DNA from: Chrysomallon squamiferum
Lineage: Eukaryota; Animalia; Mollusca
Direction: 5' to 3'
Length of the DNA stretch: 64,000 bases
NCBI GenBank assembly: GCA_012295275.1
Contig: CM022666.1
Span: forward strand, 12,586,001 to 12,650,000
In this document: piece after piece, positions 40,737 to 55,076 of the stretch
Layout: each line of letters starts with the position of its first letter
Position numbering within the stretch: the first letter of the stretch is position 1
Notes under the pieces: generated by a model
What the model was told of the DNA's origin: nothing
What the model saw: the letters and a program-made list of their open reading frames with translations, nothing else
The model's database searches: none
Program-made: the position numbers and the translations under genes

Positions 40737-40886
40737 CTTATTCTCTTCGCGCAATATAGGCTCTGTCTGTGTCTGTGACCCGCGGTTTTGATACATAATA
40801 ACCTTCAAAGCAATCGAAACAGTCGCTAGAAGTATGCCGAGACACAACAGGTCACAAACTAAAGTTCTCATTATTTTTAGCTTCAT
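40737..40886 (-). CDS. Exon A unit 5 (Cys>Arg variant, PILREENK)
   Basis: Open, GTGAGA donor, loses the stalk Cys. Confidence 0.58.
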
Positions 40887-41940
40887 TTTTGTTTAATTTC
40901 TGCTTTTAAACGCCCGAAGTGTGTGAGTGAAAAAAGATTAACGCGTAAATCTGATCAAGCTGACATGAAACACGTCTATGATGAGCACGCTCTCTGGCAA
41001 AGCCACGGTGTGAGTTAGTTTGTACACGTGTACGAGGACCAATCACAGCTAGACTTAACAGAAATAGATGACGTCATCACATAATCAGTCCTTGTAGACC
41101 TGATTAGCACGTAATTTTCTTTCAGTTTCAGTTTCAGATACTACGTTAATTTCTTACACATTACTTAGTAAAACTGGTGTATCCTCTGTTTGGAAGAAAG
41201 AAACAAGTATGAAACAACAACGACGGCGATGACAATAACAACAAGAACAATATAAATGATTGTTATAAATATTTTAATAAAGCGAAAGTGTTTTATTTAG
41301 TGTTATTTATTAATTAATTTATTTTCTTTACATCTTTATTTTTTAATTATTTTATTTCATTTTATTTATTTTCTTAAAAGCATTTTAATTCCAAACAAGC
41401 GAATTGTATTAGTGTCTTCCATGACTACGATTCAATCGATTATCAGTCATATGATGGAAATTACGTGGATTCGTTTTTAGAAAGCTATTTCTGCAGTAGG
41501 TTTTCCCGAAGGTGATTCCCCTTTGGAAATTCTAACCGTTATTTTTAACATTTTGCGTCCTGTGAAAAAATATAGCAATTATTATTATATCCATGGTGTA
41601 TACTTACAATAAATATCTCATTAAAATAAGCAATCTGCGCTTGACTTGTTGAAACTGTATGTACAGGGAAGAAACATCACTTTATACCTTGTAGCTTAAT
41701 TTTGTCATGGGTGGCTGGGGCTCACGTTTCTTTCTTGTTTATTAACGACACAGACAAGAGAACAGCAGATATTGAATGTCCTACCATATATATTTATTTC
41801 AGACGAGTTTGGAGCGGTGTGTGTGTGTGTAACGTCTAGAGGAAGTTACAGTTAATTGAAATAAATAATTTAAAAACGAATACCTTGTTCAGGCCCCCCG
41901 TTACTAACTTAACGTTTAATAGTTTGTTTTCTGATCTCAC

Positions 41941-42090
41941 CTTATTCTCTTCGCACAATATAGGCTCTGTCTGTGTCTGTGACCCGCGGTTTTGATACAT
42001 AATAACCTTCAAAGCAATCGAAACAGTCGCTAGAAGTATGCCGAGACACAACAGGTCACAAACTAAAGTTCTCATTATTTTTAGCTTCAT
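41941..42090 (-). CDS. Exon A unit 6
   Basis: Open, GTGAGA donor, canonical TATAAA upstream (~42228-42223). Confidence 0.6.
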
Positions 42091-43152
42091 TTTTGTTTAA
42101 TTTCTGCTTTTAAACGCCCGAAGTGTGTGAGTGAAAAAAGATTAACGCGTAAATCTGATCAAGCTGACATGAAACACGTCTATGATGAGCACGCTCTCTG
42201 GCAAAGCCACGGTGTGAGTTAGTTTATACACGTGTACGAGGACCAATCACAGCTAGACTTAACAGAAATAGATGACGTCATCACATAATCAGTCCTTGTA
42301 GACCTGATTAGCACGTAATTTTTTTTCAGTTTCAGATACTACGTTAATTTCTTACACATTACTTAGTAAAACTGGTGTATCCTCTGTTTGGAAGAAAGAA
42401 ACAAGTATGAAACAACAACGACGGCGATGACAACAACAACAATAATAACAACAAGAACAATATAAATGATTGTTATAAATATTTTAATAAAGCGAAAGTG
42501 TTTTATTTAGTGTTATTTATTAATTAATTTATTTTCTTTACATCTTTATTTTTTAATTATTTTATTTCATTTTATTTATTTTCTTTAAAGCATTTTAATT
42601 CCAAACAAGCCAATTGTATTAGTGTCTTCCATGACTACGATTCAATCGATTATCAGTCATATGATGGAAATTACGTGGATTCGTTTTTAGAAAGCTATTT
42701 CTGCAGTAGGTTTTCCCGAAGGTGATTCCCCTTTGGAAATTCTAACCGTTTTTTTTAACATTTTGCGTCATGTGAAAAAATATAGCAATTATTATTATAT
42801 CCATGGTGTATGCTTACAATAAATATCTCATTAAAATAAGCAATCTGCGCTTGACTTGTTGAAACTGTATGTACAGGGAAGAAACATTATCACTTTATAC
42901 CTTGTAGCTTAATTTTGTCATGGGTGGCTGGGGCTCACGTTTCTTTCTTGTTTATTAACGACACAGACAAGAGAACAGCAGATATTGAATGTCCTACCAT
43001 ATATATTTATTTCAGACGAGTTTGGAGCGGTGTGTGTGTGTGTAACGTCTAGAGGAAGTTACAGTTAATTGAAATAAATAATTTAAAAACGAATACCTTG
43101 TTCAGGCCCCCGTTACTAACTTAATGTTTAATAGTTTGTTTTCTGCTCTCAC

Positions 43153-43302
43153 CTTATTCTCTTCGCACAATATAGGCTCGGTCTGTGTGTGTGATCCGCG
43201 GTTTCGATACATAACAACCTTCAAAGCAATCGAAACAGTCAGTAGTAGTATGTTGAGAAACAACAGGACACAAACTACAGTTCTCATTATTTTTAGCTCC
43301 AT
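43153..43302 (-). CDS. Exon A unit 7 (MELKIMRTVVCVLLFLNILLLTVSIALKVVMY...LCEENK)
   Basis: Open, TM segment without a charged residue, GTGAGA donor, canonical TATAAA upstream. Confidence 0.63.
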
Positions 43303-44403
43303 TTTGTTTTGTTTTTCTTGTTTAATTTCTGCTTTTAAACGCCCGAAGTGTGTGAGTGAAAAAAGATTAACGCGTAAATCTGATCAAGCTGACATGAAAC
43401 ACGTCTATGATGAGCACGCTCTCTGGCAATGCCACGGTGTGAGTTAGTTTATACACGTGTACGAGGACCAATCCCAGCTAGACTTAACAGAAATAGATGA
43501 CGTCATCACATAATCAGTCCTTGTAGACCTGATTAGCACGTAATTTTTTTTCAGTTTCAGTTTCAGATACTACGTTAATTTCTTACACTTTACTTAGTAA
43601 AACTGGTGTATCCTCTGTTTGGAAGAAAGAAACAAGTATGAAACAACAACGACGGCGATGACAATAACAACAACAATAATAACAACAAGATCAATATAAA
43701 TGATTGTTATAAATATTTTAATAAAGCGAAAGTGTTTTATTTAGTGTTATTTATTAATTTATTTAGTTTCTTTACATCTTTATTTTTAAATTATTTTATT
43801 TCATTTTATTTATTTTCTTTAAAGCATTTTAATTCCAAACAAGCCAATTGTATTACATGACCACAACGATCTAATCGATTATTAGTCACGTGATGGAAAT
43901 TACGTGGGTTCGTTTTTAGGAAGCTATTTCAGAAGTAGGTTATCTAGAAGGTGATTCCCCTTTTGGAAATTCTAACCGTTATTTTTAACATTTTGCGTCA
44001 TGTGAAAAAATATACCACTTATTATTATATTCATGGTGTATGCTTACAATAAATATCTCATTAAAATAAGCAATCTGCGCTTGACTTGTTGAAACTGTAT
44101 GTACAGGGAAGAAACATCACTTTATATTAATAAATATTTATTACTATTATTACTTTTTATTTATTTTAGTATTTGATCACCAATGAATAAACTAATTTTA
44201 AAATGTTTAAAACTAGATGTAAAAAACAAACATTATTATTTTATTTATTTACTTTAAAGAAATAAACAACAAATCTACCAAATTTCATTACTATAACCAA
44301 CTTAAAAATGAAAAGAAAAAGAAATTAAATAATAATGTTATTAATAAGAACAACTCTTTACAAAATAACAATAAAAGAAACAAAATGAAAACTAAATGCT
44401 TTA

Positions 44404-44730
44404 GCCGTATCTCTTAAAAAATCCGGACAGAAATTCACCGACAGGTCGGACAATTTAGCTCATTTTTCTACGTGATTCTTCCGCCATTGTTTTAAGCTTG
44501 ACTAACCCAGCAACAATCGAGTTACATCCCTTTTGGGGGCGGAGTTACGTACGCTGACTAATGTAATCGTGTATAACTGCATGTGTCACTTGTTTCGAAC
44601 TTTCAATAATACATTCCTTGTAATTTTATATCCCACGGCCTTCCGCATATAACTGATCCACTTCAAGCATTTTTGTAAATTCTATTTTGCTCTGGAAAAG
44701 GCACGAGTATTACACCAGCTATTCGACCAT
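44404..44730 (-). mobile_element. Deleted copy of the THAP/SWIM-like transposon relic
   Basis: Paralogous to ~6754-7110 and ~7359-7455. Confidence 0.5.
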
Positions 44731-44735
44731 TAGGC

Positions 44736-44780
<45 letters not shown>

Positions 44781-46031
44781 AATATGTATGTATGTGTGTT
44801 TGTAAAAATCTATGTGGATTCTCTTGGAAGCAGTCCATGAGAATCCTCCCATTCTCAAAAGTTTGAGAGAACAGCTTTATCAGCAGTGTTAGTTACACAG
44901 AATTCTGTGTCAGATGTGACAAACTGTATATAGATTACTGGAACGAATAACCAATTTGTCAGCAATAGTATATCCAATTTTAAAACAAAAAAAGAGAAAG
45001 CTTTGTTTTCATTTAATTTAATATAATCAACACAAGATTTAAAATGAACAATCAGTTTTTATTTTAAGTATTTCTTTTCGTTGAATGTGTTCTCTTTGTT
45101 CGAAATTTGGTTTCAGGCCAGGCTCGTCTCGATAAACCACGATATTTTCAACGTACATGGATTCAAATGCAATGCTATGCTTTTGTATCAGTCTAAACCT
45201 ATGCTTGATAACCAAACTATTTTAATTTCTAATTTGGTCAAGTTTTACTCGTTGATTAATCAATATAATATAATATTGGAAACATTTCCAGTGAATATTT
45301 TGCCCTGAACTTGACAGTGAACTACAATCAAGTATTTTACTACTAGTCTCTTCTTTCCTGTTTTTCTTTTTATCATTTCCACCAGTCTATCTCTCTTTTT
45401 CTCTCATTTCCATTAATTGGTATGATTTATAGGTATCATTTTTCCAGTCTTTGTCTTTCCTATTCTTCTAAAATAATAATAATTCATAATAATCTTTCCA
45501 CCAGTCTGTCTTTCGTTGACATGTGAAAGAAAAACCATTATAAATTGTAACAAGAACTGAGAAACAAAATTTCCAAGTCACTCCTCAAAAGTAAGTTAAA
45601 TTCTCAGTGTAGAGTACTTTTATAAGAGAGTTTATAAAAATTTTGCACAGTTGCAGCTTGAGCGAAAGTATAATTGTTTGTTTCATTCTATTTACATCAA
45701 CTTTTATAGTGGTATAAATATTTTAAAACAAAAACAACCACTACAAGAATGAATAATTTAAGAATGAATAATTTAGATTTGAATATCTTGTTTAATTTCT
45801 ACATTAACACACATATTTCTGTGTATTTTTGTGTAGTGAACATCATGTTAATATCCATCTATTTTAATCCTATCTCTATGAATGTTTAATTTCTACATTA
45901 ACATACATATTTTGTTATGTGTTTTTGTGTAGTGAACTTTGCATGTAACTGTAAGCATATTTCTAATCCTATGTGTTTGAATGTTTTAGTGTAGAGAGGA
46001 TGCAAAGATATGTTGCTTATAAAAGGGAGAA

Positions 46032-47380
46032 TCATCTAAAATATATCCTATTCCTGAAGTATTGAGATTCACTGTCATCAGCTTTTCCAGACTTGTACAC
46101 AGTGATAGTAGGGGTCCCTACAGAGATGAACAGCAGTGGACTGACAGTCTGATTGATGTTGAAGAAACAGAGTAATTGTTGACCTGAGCAGATGAACTGT
46201 TCTTTTTCACTCTGACTTTCCTGAGGACTGGTTTTGAACATTTTGGCATGCTTCATTCATCACTAAATGGCACAAAGAATCCTTTGATTCCTCAACTGCT
46301 AGTGTGAAAACTTTCACCATTGTTTCCATTTTCAAAAGATGCATCTATCTGAGCTTCAGTGGGTTACTGTTGTTGTTGCTCCTTTTACTGCAACATATCT
46401 CTAGCTCCAGTTCCAGTAATGCTATGCTTTTGAAAGCAGTTTAAACCTATGCATGATAAGCAAACTATTTTAATTTCTAATTTGGTAAAGTTTTACTCAT
46501 TGATTATTCAATATAATAGAATACTGGAAATATTTCCAGTGAATATTTAGCCCTGAACATGACAGTGAACTACAATCAAGTATTTTACTACTACTCTTCA
46601 TAATATTTTTTATTTATCATTTACCTCTCTCTCTTTCTCTCTGTTCCATTAATTCTATTATTTTTCCAGTCTTCGTGTTTCCTATTCTTCTTTTCTCTTC
46701 ATCTGCCTTTCCACCAGTTTGTCTTTCGTTGACATCATTTCCTGTTCACTGGTCTGAAATATTTGATTCCTCAACTGCTAGTGTGAAAACTTTCACCATT
46801 GTTTCCATTTTCACAAGGTGCATCTATCTGTGCTTCAGTGGGTTACTGTTGTTGTTGCTCCTTGCAACATATCTCTAGCTCCAGTGATCACTGCAGCAGA
46901 TTGCGTTTTGAAGGCATCGGAGTAGCTCAGAGTCTGTTGGTGAGAACTGTTCAGTTTGTTGTTGTGCCAGTGCTGCAGTGTTTCAAGATTCTCCGTGACC
47001 AGTGTGTCCACCAGAGGGCAGTGCTATTTGATGGTGCACAGGGTGACCGGCCAGAGGTGACTGCTGTTTGGGAGAGGGTACAAGTATGGCGGGGTTCCCT
47101 GTGGTGACTGCATGCTGAGTATCTCTTTCTGCTGTAATGACAGTCATGAAATCTCTCCCTGCAGTTCGGTCACGCTGTGGTTCAGCTTGTCAAGGGAAGA
47201 ATCCGTCGATGGTAAACTTTCTGACTGTTTGTCATTGCCTGTGGGTACGGACTGCCAGCTGGACGATGGACAACTTCAGTTTGCGATTTCACTGCTGCTG
47301 GGTCATTACTAATAAGCACACGGTTCTACAGCTGGTTTGTTGTCTCTGATTATGAATCACACAAGATACATAACTATTAC
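46032..47380 (-). pseudogene. CAMSAP: CAMSAP/Patronin pseudogene fragment, second copy (large exon only, rearranged)
   Basis: Paralog of 10131-11010 with the same in-frame TGA in LQGEIS*LSLQQ, interrupted by an insertion at ~46415-46762. Confidence 0.75.
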
Positions 47381-47576
47381 AAAGCTAGAGAGCGTCATAA
47401 GTTAAAATATCACAAGATCATTCACCTATTAGAAGTATTATTATTATTAATAGTACAAACACTAATGCTATAACAACTACATTACTAGAACAATGGCAGT
47501 GACTAATACTACTACTGCTATTATTATAACAAGAACAACCTTTACAGATGCTGCTGTTCCTGCCAGATTAGTACAG

Positions 47577-47666
<90 letters not shown>

Positions 47667-49955
47667 CTAATATTAAAATATAAATTTATTATATGCTAAA
47701 TTTTGACGTTACCATCTGATTTGTTATTTTATTTACAAAAATTGTGTTTATTAAACAAATTATGAAAACTGATAGACTGCAGATAACAAAAACTGAACAC
47801 CACAGCTTCTGTACATCCATCTCCTATGTAACAGGAAAATTAAACATTTTAAAATATTGTTAAAATATGATGCTTATTCTTTTGTTTTAAAATAAAGAAA
47901 TAAACATTTACCACAAAATAATTGTATTTATATGAATTTAAGTGTATGTATCTGTGTGTGTGTGTGTGTGTGTGTGTGTTTCTTTGTGTTTGTGTGCATG
48001 TGTACTTAGTGATATATTATTTAGAAACTGCAACTTCATATATTAAATTACATTAGACTTCATTAGGTTAATAATAATGAGAAATATGCAAGAAAACAAA
48101 CTCAAATTAACCTGCTCAGATTTTTTGTCTTTTGCAATGGCAGCAAACTTTATTTAATCAGAAAATAATTGTGTCCTCAGTGCCTGATGGAAGCTCAGTG
48201 GAAGTCTTAAAAGTTGTAATTAATCTGAGAGTTTTAAAATTTCTTGTTTAAATGCTGAATGTAAAGTCTGATATGATGAATTATGCAAAATATGCAGCCC
48301 CAATATCATTCTGTCTCTCCATTCCTTCATCCTCTCTCTATCTCTCATACATTCATACATTTGTATGTTTAACTGCAATCATCATCATTCTTCTCCTTCT
48401 TTTCAACTATCATTTACTAATCAAAGTAGAAGGATGAATGCCTTTAAATATACCTCAGCTTTAACTGAAATATAATTTAAGACATATTTTCCACAATGTA
48501 AAATAAATAAACTTTAACAGTGCCAAATGAACTGATTTTAATAAATAAATTTGAGTATTATACAAAATAATAAATATAGATTAAATAAATAAATAATAAC
48601 AACAACACACCTGATGGCTTGGATAAATGTTGTACTCAAACAACTTCACTGGCGTATGCCAACATCAGTGCTTCAATTAGAGCTAGACGTGCATTCTAAA
48701 AATAAATAAATAAATAAATCAAATAATAATACAAATAATAAATAAAGAGTCTTAAATAGATAACTAACACTTCTGTTATTATTAAAATGTGTATTTTACT
48801 GGTATTAGTTACTGCAGTATTCAGACAAAGTGGGCTGTTGGATATTTTTGACATACTTTGTTATTAATAAATTACATTAGTGAGTAATGCATAATAATGA
48901 TCCTGATAATAATGTTAATAATAATAAAAATAATAATTAACAAACAACAGTAAACAATTGATTATTATTACTCTATTTTTATAATTAATTAACAATTGTT
49001 ACAAAACTTGTATTACTAAGACAAAAAAAAAAAACAAAATTCTCACAACTTGGACTGTGCAGTCTGCATGAGAATGGTTTCTGTATCAGCCGATTCATCC
49101 TTCTCCATGATGTAAATTCCCTTTCTAGATAAAAAATATTTAACACCAATAGTAAATATTAAGTTTATTAATTTTTGTAACATCAAGATATTTTTTGTTT
49201 TATGAATCTATATTTGTCAGATAAATGCATTTTTCTCTGCTTATTATCATTTGCAGATGTTTCAGTTATTTGTATTTAAATATAAAAAATGAAAAGGCAT
49301 AGATATTATTAACTTTAATAATTAAAACATGTATCTTAAAAGATAGGAAATTTACATTGGTGATTGTTTCAGTGTTTGTAATCATGGTCAGCTGAGGTGA
49401 TTTCCAGTTTCAACAAAAATCAACAGATTTTTTTAAATGTTTTTGTCTGATCTTTATTTGGCAATTCAAAAACATCATTAATGTATTTTAATATCACAAA
49501 TTGCCTTATAAAAGTTCATTCACTATTCCAGTATGTTTACAGGACAACAATGGAAATAGTGTTTTCACTTTCTCAAATAAAAAGTTATATTAACAGAGAC
49601 ACCCTCATTTTAACAAGGACTAATGCAATTGCTTAGTACATATTTAAATTATTATTAATATTTTCTAATGCTAATTATTAATTTATTTTTAGTTTATTAC
49701 TTTTACAGGAAATGATGCATTATTATTATTATTATTAATTTAGAAATAAATACCTTCTTCAAAAATAAATGCCAAGACAGAAAGATATTAGCAAACTAAT
49801 AAAGTGTTGTTATCCAAACTCTTTAGTTTCAAGAATTTCTCCTCTCTCCTGTTTCTCTGACTTTTCCATTTCTTTCTTCTTAATATTCTCAGATGTCGGG
49901 AATTTCCTGTGTTCATTAAAAATGTTGAAGAAAAGGATTAATATAATAAAAAAAA

Positions 49956-49999
<44 letters not shown>

Positions 50000-52058
50000 G
50001 AAAGAAAATTGATTTCTAAATAAGAGAATCAACCCTTATAGTGTATTTCAGTTTATTTATTCATGTGTATGTTATATAAATGTACAGAATAATTAATAAA
50101 AAATTTAAAAAAATATTGGTTTTTCATGGAAACCTAAACATATTTTAATAATGATGGTTACTAAAGTAAATAGATAATTTATCATTAGCGTTAGGAAAAA
50201 GAAATTAGTTATTGCCCTTTAATGGTCAACTCTTTTTTTGTTTCTTTCATCTGACAGAAAAGGGATTCTTTGTTGTTTCAAGTCTTTATTACTGATGTGG
50301 GTATCACCATCACATGGTAAAATTTAGAACTGTCACAGAGACAGATGAAACTCATGCATAGTCCTGGACCAGAGGAAAATATGCAATATACTGGAAATTT
50401 TGTTGTAATTCACTGTGTTCGTTAAAGTTCTCTTGTGAACATTATCATTTAAGTGAAAGGAATAGCACAGTTTCACTGAAATTCTGGCTTGTTAATAAAT
50501 TTTATCTACTATGTTAAAAATCATCATCATTATTATTACTGAAAAGTATGGGAATGCTGTTACAGGCAAATATTCCAGATAGATAAGCAATAACAAAACT
50601 CACATTTTCATTTCTGAAATCCATTTATCAATATCCTCTTGTGACTCCAAAGACCAAATTTGTTTTTAGTGAAACTACATTAGTGTTGCTGAAATAAAAA
50701 TAAATAAATAAATAAATAAACAACAATAATTCTGTATCCAGCAAACTGTTAGAAAGTCTTTTACAAAGACATGTTTTCAAATAACAAATTATTTATTTGT
50801 TGAACTATTGAAAGGAAATGATACTTTAATTTTTAACAGTACTATTTTAAAAGTGTATATTTACTATACAAAAGCATGATTTTATTGGTGTATATGTAAG
50901 TAAATAGATTAAAAAATATTTTTTATATTTTGAAACAATTAATAAATTTCTGCGATACAGTTTTTTTCTTCTAAAATCCAAGCTTTGCTAATAATGAAGT
51001 ATACTATCACTGGGCAGTGTAACAAACAGCTTTTCCCTTTCTATCAAACATACATGTTATGTAGAAACATGATAAACAGACAAACATGAAAATGTTCAAA
51101 TAATTTAAGTGAAGATGATTAAGCTATATATTCAACAGTGGATGGCACTAGTAAATGAAAAGTAAAACTGGTCAATCTACAGGTGAGTATTTTATTACAT
51201 AATAACAAGATTATCATGTTTTTCTCTGAGAATGTTATTGCCACTCTTTAATAGTCTGAAGTGGAAATGATCTCTGGATACAGTCATATCCCACTTGACA
51301 TCACTAACAGGTTTCAAAAACAATAATGTAACTCAACATTTGATAGAAACCAAATGCAATGCTTTAAAATTATGAGAAAACACCATAAAACAAGTATACA
51401 TAACTTGTGAAAAAGTGTAGCTAAAGTTATCTGTAAAAACAGATTTTCATCATATTTTTTAAAGAATAATGAGCACAGTTAATAAAATTATATTATTTGG
51501 CTTGAGATTTGCACTTAAAAATGACTTGAGTGTAATGACATATAGTTACAATTAGAGTTTCAATTTGTTTTTGTTTTCTCAGATTCTTTTATTTTTTCTT
51601 TGTTTTCATAATTTTTACCTAATGTAATGTCAGACTTGAGATTTACTAAACTGAAATTTACTACAGAAATGTATTGTATTGTAAAGATGAATCTGAGGAA
51701 CACCAAAATGAAATAAAATGTTGTGTTTTAGTATCTCTAAAGTGTATGTTCTGTAAACTAGTCAGCATCATCACAAGAACTATATACAGGAATAGACAAA
51801 GAAAAAACTAAAGAATTTAAAAATGTTCCTGTTGATAATGAAGTTGTACAAGTTTGGGAGTGGCAATGTACGGACAGCCAGAAACTGTGCACTGAGAAAT
51901 ATCTTCCATGTCAATAATTTCACGAGAATTCTACATTTTTTTGAAATCTTTGTAAGTTTCGTAAGTCACTCGAAGGCTCATATGATGTTGAAAAATCTAT
52001 AGTTTTAACAGAAAAATGTGTTAGTTCAGTTTTTACTTATCAGAAACATCTTTCATTT

Positions 52059-52456
52059 TTATGCAGAACAAACATTTTTACTGTCATTACCCGTTTCATT
52101 TATTTCTAGAACAATACTAGAAAGATCCATAGACAGTTCCTTACTCTGTAACACTTCATCTGTTACATTTAACATCTGATTTCTTTCAGAACCTTTCCTG
52201 TTCTGAGTTTGATTTCTTGCACTGAACGATACTTCCTTTTCCTTCAGGGTATTACAATATCCTCTCGACCCCAGAATCGTAGACACACAAGTCATTTCTG
52301 TACGTGGTCCTGTACGATTATCAACATCTTGAACACCAGCTGAGTGATTTTCAGCCTCCTGTATATCAGAAATGCGATTCAAAACGTACACCTCTTTCTT
52401 TTCATGATATTTCTCTGTTATGCACTTAACAAAGCTGCCCTGCTCAGCAGATTTTT
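52059..52456 (-). CDS. 3' part of the uncharacterised single-TM gene that is parent of the 24885-25301 chimera (5' part in the gap)
   Basis: About 131 open codons, KSAEQGSFVKCITEKYHEKKEVYVLNRISDIQEAENHSAGVQDVDNRTGPRTEM...NVCSA*, homologous to the chimera up to DNR. Confidence 0.65.
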
Positions 52457-52656
52457 NNNNNNNNNNNNNNNNNNNNNNNNNNNNNNNNNNNNNNNNNNNN
52501 NNNNNNNNNNNNNNNNNNNNNNNNNNNNNNNNNNNNNNNNNNNNNNNNNNNNNNNNNNNNNNNNNNNNNNNNNNNNNNNNNNNNNNNNNNNNNNNNNNNN
52601 NNNNNNNNNNNNNNNNNNNNNNNNNNNNNNNNNNNNNNNNNNNNNNNNNNNNNNNN
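52457..52656. other. Assembly gap (200 N)
   Basis: Run of exactly 200 N. Confidence 1.
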
Positions 52657-55007
52657 AGTTTGCTAATACCTTTCTGTCTTGGCATTTATTTTTGAAGAAG
52701 GTATTTATTTCTAAATTAATAATAATAATGCATCATTTCCTGTAAAAGTAATAATCTAAAAATAAATTAAGAATTCTTGCTAACAGCATTAGAAAATATT
52801 AATAATAATTTAAATATGTCCTAAGCAATTGCATTAGTCCTTGTTAAAATCAGGGTGTCTCTGTTAATATAACTTTTATTTGAGAAAGTGAAAACACTAT
52901 TTCCATTGTTGTCCTGTAAACATACTGGAATAGTGAATGAACTTTTATAAGGCAATTTGTGATATTAAAATACATTAATGATGTTTTTGAATTGCCAAAT
53001 AAAGATCAGACAAAGACATTAAAAAATCTGTTGATTTTTGCTGAAACTGGAAGTAATCTCAGCTGACCATGATTACAAACACTGAAACTTTATTTTAAAC
53101 TTTCAGTGCACAGTTTCTGGCTGTCCGTACATTGCCACTCCCAAACTTGTACAACTTCATTATCAACAGGAACATTTTTAAATTCTTTTGTTTTTTCTTT
53201 GTGTATTCCTGTATATAGTTCTTGTGATGATGCTGACTAGTTTACAGAACATACACTTTAGAGATACTAAAACACAACATTTTATTTCATTTTGGTGTTC
53301 CTCAGATTCATCTTTACAATACAATACATTTCTGTAGTAAATTTCAGTTCAGTAAATATCAAGTCTGACATCACATTAGGTAAAAATTATGAAAAATAAA
53401 GAAAAAAAATAGAATCTGAAAAAACAAAAACAAATTGAAACTCTAATTGTAACTATATGTGATTACACTCAAGTCATTTTTAAGTGCAAATCTCAAGGTA
53501 AATAATATAATTTTATTAACTGTGCTCATTATTCTTTAAAAAATATGATGAAAATCTGTTTTTACAGATAACTTTAGCTACATTTTTTCACAAGTTATGT
53601 ATACTTGTTTTATGGTGTTTTCTCATAATTTTAAAGCATTGCATTTGGTTTCTATCAAATGTTGAGTTACATCATTGTTTCTGAAACCAGTTAATGATGT
53701 CAAGTGGGATATGACTGTATTCAGAGATCATTTCTTCTTCAGACTGTTAAAGAGTGGCAATAGCATTCTCACAGAAAAACATGATAATCTTGTTATTATG
53801 TAATAAAATATTCACCTGTAGATTGACCACTTTTACTTTTCATTTACTAGTGCCATCCACTGTTGAATATATAGCTTAATCATCTTTAGCTAAATTATTT
53901 GAACATTTTCATGTTTGTCTGTTTATCATGTTTCTACATAACCTGTATGTTTGGTAGAAAGGGAAAAGCTGTTTGTTACACTGCCCAGTGATAGTATGCT
54001 TCATTATTAGCAAAGCTTGGATTTTAGGGAAAAAAAAATGTATAGCAGAAATTCATTAATTGTTTCAAAATATAAAAAATATTTTTTAATCTATTTACTT
54101 ACATATACACCAATAAAATCATGCTTTTGTATAGTAAATATACACTTTTAAAATAGTACTGTTAAAAGTTAAAGTATCATTTCCTTTCAATAGTTCAAGA
54201 AATAAATAATTTGTTATTTGAAAAACATGTCTTTGTAAAAGACTTTCTAACAGTTTGCTGGATACAGAATTATTGTTGTTGTTTATTTATTTATTCATTT
54301 ATTCATTTATTTATTTCAGCAACACTAATGTAGTTTCACTAAAAACAAATTTGGTCTTTGGAGTCACAAGAGGATATTGATAAATGGATTTCAGAAATGA
54401 AAATGTGAGTTTTGTTATTGCTTATCTATCTGGAATATTTGCCTGTAACAGCATTCCCATACCTTTCAGTAATAATAATGATGATGATTTTTAGCATAGT
54501 AGATAAAATTTATTAACAAGCCAGAATTTCAGTGAAACTGTGCTATTCCTTTCACTTAAATGATAATGCTCACAAGAGAACTTTAACGAACACAGTGAAT
54601 TACAAAAAAAATTCCAGTGTATTACATATTTTCCTCTGGTCCAGGACTATGCATGAATTTCATCTGTCTGTGTGATAGTTCTAAATTTTACCATGTGATG
54701 GTGATACCCACATCAGTGGTAAAGACTTGAAACAACAAAGAATCCCTTTTCTGTCAGATGAAAGAAACAAAAAAGAGTTGACCATTAAAGGGCAATAACT
54801 AATTTCTTTTTCCTAACGCTAATGATAAATTATATATTTACTTTAGTAACCATAATTATAAAAATAGGTTTAGGTTTCCATGAAAAACCAATAATGTCTG
54901 AAATTTTTTATTAATTATTCTGTACATTTATATAACATACACACGAATAAATAAACTGAAATACACTATATGGGTTGATTGTCTGATTTAGAAATATATT
55001 TTCTTTC

Positions 55008-55076
<69 letters not shown>

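Larger units (their letters stand above)
35600..44125 (-). repeat. Tandem array of ~1.21 kb promoter plus TM first-exon modules (6 near-identical units plus one diverged proximal unit)
   Basis: Junction CATCACTTTATA recurs at ~36829, 38050, 39264, 40477, 41680, 42893 and 44120 (periods 1203-1227 bp). Confidence 0.96.

Noticed and set aside
41891-41900. G-run of 4, 5 or 6 nt among array units as a phase-variation switch (VTGA* vs VTGGLNK)
   Set aside because: The run lies downstream of the strong AAG|GTGAG donor and is probably intronic. Homopolymer length is also error-prone. It would matter only if the distal AAG|GTATTC donor is used.
36829-44120. CRISPR-like or other prokaryotic repeat system
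   Set aside because: Units are 1.2 kb near-identical duplications without unique spacers, in a eukaryotic intron-containing context.
49769-49960. Purine-rich segment fused to the exon B donor as a third type of first exon
   Set aside because: The minus-strand frames examined hit stops before the donor, and there is no full TM segment.
52059-52685. 208-aa ORFs spanning N runs (also 22465-23091)
   Set aside because: Artefacts of reading through assembly gaps. Only the 52059-52456 part is supported.
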